From Lytechinus pictus (lineage: Eukaryota): 64,000 nucleotides of DNA. The stretch is from the NCBI RefSeq assembly GCF_037042905.1, contig NC_087245.1, positions 17,672,001-17,736,000 of the forward strand, read 5' to 3'. Positions within the stretch are counted from its first letter, which is position 1, and every line of letters starts with the position of its first letter. Below are positions 25,301-39,000 of the stretch, in pieces. The translations under genes were made by a program, and so were the position numbers. The notes under the pieces were generated by a model. That model was not told the origin of the DNA, did no database searches, and was given only the letters and a program-made list of their open reading frames with translations.

Positions 25301-28300
25301 TTTCTGGATCATAATGGCCGCCATAGGCCTCTGTATACTCTATTATGTACACCATGAATAGGGAAAACTAATTTTCACAAAAAATGAGCGCTAAACTGCA
25401 AGAAATCGTGATCTATGAACGAAGTTCTGTATGCAAATCGTCATTACTAACGAGATATATCATTTATTATATCATGTATGGGAACATTTCTGTATTTTGA
25501 TATTTAAAATAGCCGCCACTGGCCAAAACAGTATTATGTACAATGGCAAAGGGGGCCAAAAGAATCACAAGAGTGAGCACTAAAATGCATATTATTAAGA
25601 TAAACGAGTGGAATACTGACTAAAAACATAATTGTTAGCGAAATTTATCATTTAATATGCCATGTATGTGATAAATGTTGTATTTTGATATTCAAAATTG
25701 CTGCCTAAGACCCTAACAGTATTATGTACAATGAGAAAGAGGACCAAAGAAATTACAAGAGGTGGCACTAAAATGCATATGTATGTGATGAAGTTACGTA
25801 ATACTGTCTAAAAAAACCATAATGAATATTCGTAGTACACGTAAATGGAGTAGATCTCCAACGAAATATAGTTTGTGTTAAATACTATATTTTGACTTTC
25901 AAAATGGCCGCCATAGACATTGACTGTATTATGTATAATGCGAACTGGGAAACTAATATTCACAGGAGTGAGCACCATAAATGTACGTTATAGTGATCCG
26001 TGAGTAAAATATTGCCTGAAAGCATAATTTCTAACAAGATATATCATTTATTCTGCCAGTTAGGTGACAAATACTGTATTTTAAAAGTAAAATGGCTACT
26101 ACATGCCCTTACGGTATATTATGTACCATGTAAATGGAAAAACATGATTTCAACAGTTTTGGCTTTGCTTGACTGAATGGTGTTGTATGAGTGAAATATT
26201 GTCTGAAAACATAATTTATAACAAAATATATCATATCTTGTGTAATTTAGCTGATAAATACTGTATTTAAACATTCAAAATGGCCGTCATATGCCCTTTT
26301 GTGAAAATTATCTGTCCACATTCAAATTGACGATAAGGGCCTATAATGGCTATTTTCAATTTCAAAATGCAGCATTTTCAACTTAATTACACAAGATATG
26401 ATATATCTCGGCAGAAACCATGGTTTTAGACAACATTTCACCCTTACATCACAATTATATGCAATATTTATAGTCAAGCAAAGCCAAATTCTGTCAAAAT
26501 TATATATCACATGTTCCTATGTACATAATACTTTTAGGACCTATGGCAGCCATTTTGGATTTCAAAGTATACAGCATGTATTACCTCCATGACCAATATG
26601 TGATGTGTGTAGTTAGAAATCATGTTTAAGACAATATTTTTAATCGTACATAACAGTTACATGCATTTTATGATTCTCACTCTTGTGAAAATTAGTTTGG
26701 TTAGGGCTTGTAGCGGCTATTTTGAATGTTAAAATACAGTATTTATCACCTACATGGCAGAAGAAATGCTATAATTCCTTCAAAATTATGTTTTCAAATA
26801 ATATTTTACTCATACAACAGGATTATATGGATTTCATAGTCAAGCAAACCCAAATTCTTACAAAATTATATGTCCCCATTTACATTCTAGATAATACTGT
26901 TAGGGCCTTTATGGGCCAATTTTGAATTTCACAATACAGCATTTATCTCATGCATGACAAAAGAATTGATATGCCTCGCTAGAAAACATGTTTTCAGACA
27001 AAATTTTACTCGTAGATCACAATTACATGCATTTTATGTTTCTTACTCTTGTGAAAAATGGTTTCTCCATTTGCATTGTACATAATAAATATAGGGCCCA
27101 TGGCGGCCATTTTGAATGTCAAATTATAGCATTTATCACATACATGGCATAATGAATAATATCTTTTGTTAACAATTATGTTTTTAGTCAGTATTCCACT
27201 CGTTTATCTTAATAATATGCATTTTAGTGCTCACTCTTGTGAATTTTTTGGCCCCCATTGCCATTGTACATAATACTGTTTGGGCCAGTGGCGACTATTT
27301 TAAATATCAAAATACAGCAATTTTCCCATACATGACATAATATATATATCTCGTTAGTAATGGTGATTTGCATACTGTACTTCGTTCATATATCACGATT
27401 TCTTGCGGTTTAGTGCTCATTTTTGTGAAAATGAGTTTTCCCTATTCATGTTATACATAATAGAGTTTACAGAGGCCTATGGCGGCCATTTTGAATATCC
27501 AGAAAATATAAATTTTGTCAAAAATTATTTTTTTCAGCGAGTATTTCACTCCTGCCACACAATTTCATGCATTTTGTTGCCAATGTGCGGGCAATTTTTT
27601 ATGACTTTCATGGGTAATACACATATTTTGGCGGCCATATTTGATTTTGCCAATTTGTGGAAAATGCTCAAGGTTACACGAGTGACATCATTCAGATTCG
27701 TAATCAGCACCCTCGAATTGACTAGCAACCATCAAAAAATATTGTATATATGAAAAAACAAGGTTCGTCAATTTTCTATGGGGCCAATCCTGGACTAAAT
27801 CATGCTTAAACCAGCGGACAATAGACATTTTAAAAATCTATTTTGGGTATTGACATACGTGGTTTTGACAGCTTTTTCAACATGAAACGTTTATCGTTCA
27901 TCAAATTTTGATTTTTGTTTATATTGCTTATATAATTCTACATTACACATTACTACCGAACCAACAGCAACGGTAATTATCATTTCTCTAATCATCTTGT
28001 CCCATACACGGATTAACTATCTTTATTTGCGCATGGAAGTAGAATTTGGGGGTAAATCTATCGATAAAGCCATCGAAAAACTTTTTTTTCAGAGACTCTT
28101 TGTATCTAGGATTGTTACAAATATGCATACACATAAAATGTTGTCTTAAGTGGGTCTTTTTATCGTTGTGTTTTTCCTGTTTATTTATTTTTTTTAACTA
28201 TGTTTTTTTAATGGAATTTTTCGTCGATACTTGAAAGTGCTATTTAAATCGAATGTTACAAGGACCGCGAAACCGAAGGGGGGGCGGGTGGCGCTTCATC

Positions 28301-29750
28301 TATCCCAGTATTTAACAATTTTCACAAAGAGTGAAAATGACCAACGATTTTATGCATGCCCCCCCCCCCCCTCGCTTTCCATATCGTTCTGCAGCCCCTC
28401 TGTAAAAAGATACAGTTACTAATTTTGACTACAAACATAGTTTACATTGGATTTGTGCATGAAATTACTTTTTTATAGCAAATTTGGGCCTAACAATAAC
28501 CATGAGCAGATGACCAATAAACAAATTACGATAATTTAAGGGGTACTCCAGGCTGAAAATGATATGATTTGAAAAAGATAAAAAAAAAAATAGACAAACA
28601 AAACACTGAAGAATTGTTTGAAAATTGACAAGGAATAACAAAGTTATGACATTATATAGATTTGCATTATTTCGGTGAAACAGTTCTAAACATGTCTTCA
28701 TGAGTAGACCGATAATATCATATCCCCACTTGTTCTTTTGTATTTTTTTACATGAAAGTATGTTTATTCATTTTTTTCTTTAAGAACAAAATATAATAGG
28801 ATAGACAATTGATATAATATATGAGATATTCATGGCTGCAACTTATTTTATCATGATAAAGATATATCACACACACACATGTATGAAAATATGAAATAAA
28901 TATGATTTCATGTAACGACATAAAAAGGGAAAGTGGGGAGGTGACATCATCAGCCCACCTACTGAATATTCATGCAACGTTCATATAACTGTTTCGCAAT
29001 ATTGCTGAATTTTAATATTCACTAACTTTGTTATTTGTAATTCGATTTTAATGAAATTTTCGTCGTTTTGCTCGGTGAATTTTACTATAGGCAAATATAC
29101 TTAGATATAATAATTTTCAACCCGGAGTAACCCTTTATTCTGATGTTGATTACATTTTCAATGTAATGCTTGTTTAAATTTATTTTAAAGTAAATGAATA
29201 AAGATATTAATGAATAAATTGAAAAAAATAGATAAAATATAATGACGTGACAACAAATTAATGAATTACAAAATAATATTTATGCACGGAGCATATTTCA
29301 ACTTAGGGGCCCTACGAAAATAAGAAATAAAAATGAAAGTGCTGATACTTAGAACCTCGGGTGCGATACGTCAGACATATTTTCATTATATTTTCTCTTC
29401 AATCGCAATCTTGAATTTACATGACTGTTTTAAGGTTCTATATAGTCTAAGACTAAATTCAATTTAATGTATGTATTTACTATCTTCAACAAAGCTACCA
29501 AATCGGGTTTTCATCATATACCGGTACTGCAGGAGAAATGCTAGATGTAGCCAACGGACATGCCTTCTCAGCCTATGGCAATGACCATGATGATTGTGCT
29601 TCTACGTACAGAGGGGGGTGGTGGTATGACGACTACTGTTATACCACAGCCAACTTGAATGGGGAACACGGACTCCAATATGGTTTGACAGGGATTTTTT
29701 GGGATTTCCTTTCAAAATACATGAGAGCTACAGAAATGAAGTTAAGATGA
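19373..29750 (+). CDS. Secreted mucin-stalk FReD protein copy B, ~529 aa; exons 19373-19396, 19812-19881, 20348-20527, 22066-22218, 22642-22803, 23227-23379, 23803-24182, 24517-24728, 29495-29750
   Basis: All junctions are GT-AG and phases fit (0,1,1,1,1,1,0,2); total length is divisible by 3. Signal peptide MKKTSVIM|SVVCSSQSLPIFLFLIAVSFVHG. FReD motifs SGVYAI, VYCGMTTDSGGWTIFQ|KRYDGSVDF, GEYWLG, GGWWY, ANLNG, TEMKLR*. The start could instead be the in-frame ATG at 19394. Confidence 0.85.
20903..21060. mobile_element. Short MITE in intron 3 (present in B, C, D; a family member lies at 63638-63769)
   Basis: CATTGGCAGCGGAACGG...GGGGCTGAAGCCCC...CCGTTCAGTGAGCCATG; a homologous free copy occurs near the window end. 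Confidence 0.6.
21111..21693. mobile_element. Kolobok-like MITE, copy B only
   Basis: TIR AGGAGAATGAAAC / GTTTCATTCTCCT; TTAA TSD; empty site cattaTTAActttt in C (~37886) and D. Confidence 0.85.
21698..23960 (+). repeat. ~580 bp intron+exon tandem repeat (4 units in B; 3 in C at ~37890-39575; 2 in D at ~54380-55490)
   Basis: Periods of 576-585 bp between the Ser/Thr exons; the intron portions are homologous. Confidence 0.92.
25023..27795. mobile_element. Same foldback element, copy B
   Basis: Orthologous position and sequence to 677-3448. Confidence 0.8.
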
Positions 29751-32700
29751 TCGGATTGATCCATGTTGTTGTCATTCCTTTCTACCTAATTTTTGAAGTT
29801 CTTATACATAGTTATTTTAAAGCACAATGTAGTCCAAGTGATTGTGTATATTAGAGAATCACTTGAAAAACAGGAATAAGGAATTTAAACATATTTCATG
29901 TAATGATCTATATCTATAATGGATTTCATGTCAACATGGTAACACGAACATGGGCCTCATGTTTCGGAGGGGGGGGGGTGGGCTGCTCTCGTATAATGGT
30001 AGAACCGGTACGTGGCTCTTAAGACCCCTTTTCACTCATTGACCAACCCGTTCTCCCTCGCTCCTTCATGTCCTAACTAAGCCCTTTATTTTATCCGTCA
30101 GTTCTCGATGACCACATTTCATTGTAAATTCCACCCGCCCCCCCCCCCAAAAAAAAATGCAGAACTTCAGTTATTAAGAGTATGGCATCTGATTTTCTGG
30201 CCAAACATCCGTATCCTTTCCAATCCGAGTGGGGGGGGGTGCCTCTCACTGAAAAACCAGTCCAGAATGATAGTCCTTTCTCAAGAGCTTTCAAGACACT
30301 GGACCCTGGTTCCTTTCACACCTTAAGGGCGCCACCTATTGCTGTCCTTTACCAGGAAACGAAACAAAACTGTTTATTCATATTTATTTATCAAAACCTA
30401 ATAGACAATCATTATTCGGAGTTATTAAAACTCATATTAGTGAAAAGTGCGTAAGTTTCAATATTTTACATCAAATCCAGACAATAACAGACTGTCATGA
30501 AAATTGCATTTTTCTCGTGACAATTTTATTTTCACTTTACAAAATCCCAGCCATGGCGTAATTTCCTTCAGCAAGAAAATTATCCACATTGTGCTGCACT
30601 CAACCCAGTTGAGGTGAATGGGTACCCGGTAGGAAGAAATTCCTTGAATGCTTGAGCAGCCCAGCTAAAGCCAGGGTAATAATAATAGCAGGGCCCGCTG
30701 GGAGAACAGTTTTCAGAACTGAAGTGGCTTCCCTGGGTAAATATACCTATATAACTATATTATTATAAAATACGTACCTTTTAAATTTATCTTTGATACA
30801 ACCGATGTAGAAGAAGTTTGGCGATTATAGTATGACGTATAAATTTGTATGTCTCTCTCTCTCACTTATACACTCTCCCTTTCTACCCTGTATGATTTTC
30901 TATTATTCATGCCATGTAAGTAGACTTAAGTTTTTGACGAAATACTGCTATGTTTTTGTTTATCTGCTTATATTCCTCAAATTGTATATTTGTTTTGCAT
31001 TACCTAGTATTTTTGTTTTGAACAAAATATTGGCCAATGCCAGTGATGCTCTAATAATAAATTCAGTTCAATTCATGTTAGCAGTAAACAAACATACTCC
31101 AAGGAAGAAAAAAAACGAGTTCGGTCTAAAGTCTGTCCTTGGATGAACGGCGAGTTAATTAGTGAGATGAATAGACGAAATAAGTTTCATAAAATGATAT
31201 TAAAGTATAAGTGCTCAGAATATACTGACAATGGACAAAACATCGAGAATTACCGTTTACCCTTTCAAGCCACTTTAAATGTTAATGTGGAAGTGTGTGG
31301 ACAATTGTAAAATGTTGATTTAAAACTTGTCAAATTTTGAGGATTTTCACATTTTTGAACTGTCTTACTGTTATACCATATTTTGCCCAATTTCTGGATA
31401 TATTAATGTTTTGATATATATTTCGTCATGTGCTAATTTAATATCCACATTTTGTGATCAAATAAAATTGGAAATATTCGCATCTATTATCTATTTTCAA
31501 CAAAACTCACTTTCTAGTTTTCCCATGAAACTGGTGGCATCACACTTCGCCAACAAAGGCTACATTGCACCTGTGTATTCTTTTGTATTTCTTTAGAAAT
31601 CGAAAGCTACATGAATTAATTTGCATTTCGTTGACACTCCATCTTTTTTACCTCCATGGAATTATCGACCAATTTCTCTCCTTAGTTATAATTTTTATCG
31701 AAGATTCAAGAGAGAGCTGTAGTTGCGTAACTATGGGGGGCAGAGATAACGGAGGAAAAAGAAGAGAATTGAGGAAGGAAGAAAGAGAGACATTGTGACA
31801 GACATTGTGGGAAATGAAAGAAAGGGAATGTAAGAAATATTATTTTGATAATTTGATGAAAAATAATGTGTATAGGGTCTATGTGCTCATCACTCCTGGT
31901 GCTAATATTGCCTGATTAGATACATAATCCCGTTCAAGAGGATTAAATGGAGCCATGCATTTTCAAGTCATACACCAAATATTTTTCCTCGAGCGCTCGC
32001 CTGGCCTAATTCGCTTTGTGGATTAGGATATCCCTCGCTTCGCTCGGGAAGCAGCCGCCAGGGCCTCGACAAGCATGACAAGAGGCTACGTCAGTGGCTG
32101 TTCAGACAGCAGCATCAAATGCAGCACCATCAACAGGAAAAATTATGCAGTAAAAATTATTTCTACAGGAGCACCTCAAGGCTCAGTCCTTGGGCCGCTG
32201 CTATTTACCATCTTTATTAAGGATCTACCAATACAAGTCGAGACGTTTTCTCATGTACTGTTGTAATGTTTGGTCTAATCGATTTCTAAACAATAACGAA
32301 ATACTTAATCAACTGCACAAGCGTGCAGCGTATAGGGCTATTATATCCGGTTTCTCTTGGATGACCCCATCAAAACAGGTATTTTATCAACTTACAACCA
32401 GCACAACAAAATGTTGATTTGATTTGAATAAAAAGAGAAAAATCCAACAAGCATAACACTGAAAATTTCATCAGAATCGGTTGTAAAATGAGAAAGTTAT
32501 GACATTTTAAAGTTTTGCTTAATTTCACAAAACAGTTATTCAAATACTGGTCGGTATGCAAATGAGGAGACTGGTGATGCCATCTACTCACAGTTCTTTG
32601 TATTTTAGTATATGAAATATGTAATATTCTAATTTTCTCCTCATCGTCAAGTGAAATAACGATTTCTCCCCTGAACCCGTGGAATTAACATTGTATAGAT

Positions 32701-35700
32701 GTGGACGTCATTAGACGAAGCGGGTATTGGACGAAACTGGGTCGACGGACGAACTGACGGACAATTTGGTCGAAATGATTATGTCGGGGCACTGTGGGCA
32801 ATGGTAATGGACCTGAATCAGCAAAGCCCCCCCCCCCCAAAAAAAAAAAAAAAAAAAAAGGGAAGAAGGAAGGAAAGAAAAATGGGCTAAGGTAATCAAT
32901 TTCAATGGGGTTTTATTGACCAAATGTTGTATATTCCCTGGAATCTTTCCGTCATCTGACAGAAGAAAAAAAAAGACACCTTTGTTTCAAGACTCGTGAA
33001 ATTTACAAACATTTTTAGGTGTAAGTCATGAATATTCATATATTTCCATGTCCCACTTTTTAAATACATTTTTTAGTTATTTATCTGCATCTTCACTTCG
33101 TGGTTGCGTTGTTTTAAGTTATACTAATTCATAGGCGGATCCAGGGGGGCCCAGGCCTTCCCTATTGGCAGAGCAACAAGAAAAGAAAAAAGGAAAGAAA
33201 GAAAAAAGGGAAAAAAGAGGAGAAAAAGGAGAGGAGGAAGACGAGTGAATGAAAAAAAGATTAAAATGAGGGGAAGACTTGGAAAATAAAAAGAATCTTT
33301 CATGTCACTAGGCCTATATAAAATTTTCGCTCGCGCTTCGCGGTCGCACTGTTAGGTGATTTACATAACTTGTTCAACGTGGAGCTTAAATATCAAGTTT
33401 GGAAGTCAATATACAAAACATATTTCACCTCGGAAATCAAACTTTCATTATGTTGTGTGATTTACAAATTGATTTTTATAAAGTGCTCTGTACAAATAGT
33501 TTGATTTATCAGGTACTTATTATTTTCGTGTATTCCATAAAATTTTCAAAATATCCCTTTTCAGGTCTGATTGTCAAAACGTATCAGCTAGCTTTGCACG
33601 ATCGCCTTTTGATTGGCGAGTTATGTATGTGTCAGTATTGATTACGCAACAAACTACTTAAAATCCTTTGTTCATGACTGTATGATTTTCTGCTCGCGAT
33701 GTGCACTCACATTAATTCCGCACCCTCATGCATTAATAAATAATATATCAATTTAATAATTAAATTGTCCCTTTTGTTTTATCTCGCGCTTGGCAAGAGA
33801 AATAGAAAGATAGTCATCATTTTCGTATGATGACATGTCCTAAGGATGTCCCGGTCCTATGTCAAAACTCAAAGTAATAATGATGAAAAATATCAGCTCT
33901 TTATTAAGTGCAATCTATATCCACCTCACAATTTTCCTACAAAGTGCTTGAAATAATGAGCTGAATTTGACCCTTTTTAGATCGGAATATCAAATATTTT
34001 ATGCTCGCGCTTCGCGCTCGCTTTGATTTCCATGATAATATGTACTTTTAGAATGCCTAGATTGTAAGATTAAATCTGAAACAGGCGCGCGTGCATCTGC
34101 TCGCGCTTTGTCCTCGCATTATTAATGTAGGTCCTTTTCATGACAATACATAATAGAGCGTCCTGTTTTTAGGTCTAAATCTCGATTTTTTCCGCTCGCG
34201 CTTCGCGCTCGCATCAATTGTTTAGTTATCACGATTACAAATATTGATTAAAATTTTCCATTCTTTACGTACTAGAAATGTCAAAAATTTTCAGCTCGCG
34301 CTCGCATTATATTGATTGTTGAAATATTTAACGTCTTCATGGCTAAGTGCTAGCAGTCCTTAACAGGTAGGGCCTACCTTTTCGATCAGTTCAAAACTCT
34401 GCTCTCGCTTTGCGCTCGCATTATTAATGTAAGGAAGATCCCCAATTACTCATCCTTTTCATTATTTAAAAAACATGAATAGAGTGTCTCGTTTTTAGGT
34501 CTAAATCTCGAAATTTTCGGCTTGCACTTCGCCCTCGCATCAATTGTTAAGTTATATACCTGTTCTGTTAAAGTTACAAAAAGTGCATAGAATTTCCAAT
34601 CTTCAGGTAAAAGTGTCAACAAATTTCAGCTCGCGCCTGACGCTCGCATTATTTGATTGTTGAAAATTATGTAACGTCTTCATGGCTAACTGCAAGCAGT
34701 AGGTAGGCCGTAGGCCTACCTTTTCGATCAGTTCAAAACGTGTATTAAAAATTTCTGCTCGCGCTTCTCGTTCGTAGTATAGTTGCATACACATCTTTTT
34801 CAGGATAACAAACATTGCCTAAAATGTCCAAATTTTAGGGAAAAATACATAAAATGAAAAAGATTGCTCGCTTCGCGCTCGCATTATATAAATTATGATT
34901 ATGATATTATATATTTATGTTGATTTATAAGAGTAATGCTAAGAAGCAACTATTAGAACCACCCCTTCAAAGAAACAAACAAAAATCATGTTCGAGCGGC
35001 CGATCGGGGAAAATATGGCTGAAAATTTCCCCCCCCCCCCCTATTGGTGAAGGCTGGATCCGCCCCTGCTAACTGTCTTGTTATTGTATTTGTATATCAT
35101 AAAATCCAAGTCCACCCCAACAATCAAGAAGTGGATTTTGAGAAAATGGAGAAAAATCAAACTACTATAATTATAACGCTGCATCATGAGACGGCTATTC
35201 TGATTGGAGGTTTACTAGACATTTAATTAATTAAAGTTCTCATCGAGGAAAAGTTCTTCATCACGGTCAAGTGTTAAATAATGCTTGATCGAGAGCTCGA
35301 TAACTCTCTAAACTATTTTGGTGGCAGCATACCATTTTTAAAAGGTTATTTTGATAGGGTCTCGCGTTACAATAGAGACGGGCACATTACCTCAAAAGGC
35401 AAATCCTTGTTGGGCCTATTTAAAAGCGACACATTTTGCAAATTGCATGTCTTTTCTCTAAACAACCTCTAAATGTAAACTGAAACTAATCAAACTAATT
35501 ACTCTGTCACAGTTGTATAAAGGGCTTATCCCATTCATCAAAATCTACGGCAATTTTTTTTTATTTCGCTTAAATCTGTTTGCCAGAGTGCACATAATAA
35601 TGACTCTAATCCTCGGTAAACTTGGGCAAAAGTTGCCATAATTAAGCGAACCTTTAAATACAATTCACAATTATCGTTTATACCATCACGACAACTTGAT

Positions 35701-36008
35701 ACTTTATATATAATGTATACCAATTTGATGAGCATCAATAGCAAAGGCCAGATATTGCAGAATAAATATAATATTCATGAACTTCTTTGTGATAGCTAAT
35801 TATGTCCTTCATACAAACGTCCTTGGCTCGATGGCGTTATTCTCCCATGCAGCGGATGGGAGGCCTCGGTATAAAATGTTGATATCATTACTGTAACAAC
35901 GGCACATTCAGATGAACAAATTCTTAATTCTGAGAGAGGAACTATACCTCTTTCACATTTCACGAAACTATTTGAAGATTTCCTTCTGCTGCTCTCAGGA
36001 CTCGGTGC

Positions 36009-39000
36009 ATGAAAAAAACATCAGTAATCATGGTAAGCTCATACTTTCTAGTATCATTATTATTACTACACTGTAAAAAATGAAGTGCTAATTAAGCACT
36101 TACAGTGCTTGCATAGTGACTGCACTACGAGTGCTGATTTTTTAGTTCAAATTTAAACTAGAAAATCAATACTCGTATAGTGCAGTCACTATACATGCAC
36201 TTTAAGTGCTAAAATAGCACTTTATTTTTTACAGTGTATTATCATTATTATTATTATCATTATCGCAGATTTCATATCCGTCATGATTTATCATGGACAT
36301 AATTACGGTTTCATGATGTTTACTTTTACTTCTTAGGCCAATTTTCCATTTCCTTTCTTGGTCAATAAAAAAAATGAACTAAAATAGTTGCCTGTTATTT
36401 ACATGTTGCACTCCTGTATTTGTCCCCCCCCCCCCTCATCTCTCTCTATATATATATCTCTCTCTCCCTCCTTGAACAGTCTTGAAAACAAGTCCTTGTT
36501 CTTTTTTAATGTTCGATTTATTTAGGGAAAATTGATTTTGTATTCAGTTACGTCCATCACAATCGTCATGGAATTCTTAATTGATATCTCTTTCTGCTTC
36601 TTTCAGTCTGTCGTATGCTCATCACAGAGTTTGCCTATTTTCCTGTTCCTCATTCCAGTGAGTTTCGTTCATGGTGGTAAGTTTGAATTTGATATTTTGA
36701 CCCTTTTTTATTTGTATTGATTATCATGATTACAAACAAAACATCTCATAATTACTGTAGACAAAAAGAAAAACAACATAGAAAAAATAACTAAAATAAT
36801 AATCAGAATAACAATATCAATAAGAATATAAAGTGACCCTGTTTTTAATCATACACTTTCTTCTTATAATATTTTTGCGATACATAAATCGCGGTATAAT
36901 CTGTGAAGAGAATGTAATGTTGGATTGTAACATAGCCAATCCTTACTATCTTTTCAACAGTAAAGTAAATCGTGGAGAAAACACTCGGAATGATCACGAA
37001 TGTATCGTAGATCCCGTGATCCCACTTTTATTTTTTGTAACTTCCAGTTTAGTTCATACTTCAGTACTTTACATATTTAACAGAAATATTCGGGGAAACG
37101 CATAAACGATCAAAATTACCGTCTTGTCGATTTTTTTTTACAATACAGTTGCTGAATTAAAAGAGCTTTGCGACCCAGACCCTTTATCATGTAAGAACAT
37201 CAATCTATCTGGAGGGAGATCGATTCAACTAATTCCAAGATTAGCATCAACATCAAACGATCCTGAACCAGTTCTGGGAAAACTCCCATCTTGGCGCCAT
37301 TTTGTCTGTGTTTTACCGAAAAGAAATGGTGAGTGCATAAAAACAATCTTCTACAGATATTTTGGACATGATAGGCCTATGTCCCCTTATATCATGAGAT
37401 TTCGCAAAAATATTTTCTAGGCTATTTGGATTACAGTTGCTCATTTCACCTTTCTTTAGATGGGTATTATGACCGGTTCTCTCGAGCCATTTGGCGCATC
37501 TTCCTCCCGGATCTTCCTGTTCCTATAATATGCTAATATGTCGTCTATCGTGTTTAAGTATTTCTGGAGGAGCCGCATCTGTTACAGGTGCTCTTCGAAT
37601 TGTCATTTTTGTGTGACATTGTAGAGTTTTGCTTCTGACCAAATTGCTTTGTTGCACCAAATATGCAAAAGTCTATACATGTTATTCATTGGCAGCGGAA
37701 CGGTTTTGAAAGGGGGAGGGGCTGAACATACACAAAATCGCAATCATGGTCATTTTTGCGTTTTTGTACAAAGTTTTGGGAAAAGTGGGGCTGAAGCCCC
37801 TAGCCCCCCCCCCCCCCCCCCCCGGTTCAGTGAGCCATGTTAATCTGTAAATGTGGAAGGGTCTGGTTAATTAAAGAATTCATTATTAACTTTTCCCCTT
37901 GTTTGTCCTTTATTTCGGATCGTGCTTTCCTACTATCTTTTGCAAAGAGCGATTTTGTACGATTCGTATTGACTATTGACTGCATTCTATGCAGTCTGCT
38001 TCCTCTTCTTGAACCATGGACCGTGTTTTAAAGTGTTTCGTAAATATCTTATCGAGAATAGTACTTCTATACAATGTGCCTTTACACTATCTTCTATAGG
38101 CCGGCCAGACCGGATTCGTTAATGTTTTTGCTCTCTTCCATCATCATGATCATGTGTCCATGTTTCTACTACAGGAAGTTCTGTCCCAACACAATCACCA
38201 TCCGTAAATAGTTTTTTAATTAGCATTATTATATCGTCTTTGTATTATTATGTCAATATCGTAGAGACTCCTACGGATACATCACCACCACTAGAAACTC
38301 TCGATGGAGGAAGTTCGATAACCTCGCCAGAAATTTCATCCAGTGGATCAACTGAAGCTTCGTCAGAACAAGCAATGTCAGGCTCAGTAACTACTCCATC
38401 AGAACCTACGACCAATGGTAAAACAAGCCCCCAGCCCCCCTTCTCGGTTCCGTGCCCATAATAATCTGTAATAGCTCCATGGTTAAAGTGATAGGGTCTG
38501 ATAACACTTCCATAATGATTTTCCTCGTTTGTCCTTTATGTCGGATCATGCATTTCTCCTAACCTTTTTGCAGTTAGGTATTGCGATTTTGCACGATTCT
38601 TATTGACCCAATCCTGTGCAGTCTTCTTCCTTTTCTTGAACCATGGATCATGTTTTTCATTGTTCCTTTAATGTCTCATCGAGAATGGTACTACTATCAA
38701 TGTTTCTTCTAGACCAGACCGGTTTTGCTAATGTTTTTGCTCTCTTCCATTCATCTATGATCTTCCATGTTCCTACACGAAGTTCTGTCCTAACACAATC
38801 ACCATCGGTAATTGTTTTTTATGTCAATATCGTATAGATACTCCCATGGATGCATCACCACCCCAAAAGACTCCTGGTGGAGGAAGTTCGACAACTTCAC
38901 CAGAACTTTCATCCAGTGGATCAACTGAAGCTTCGTCAGAACAAGCATTGACCCCAATGACAGGCTCTTCAACTACTCCATCAGAACCTACGACCAATGG

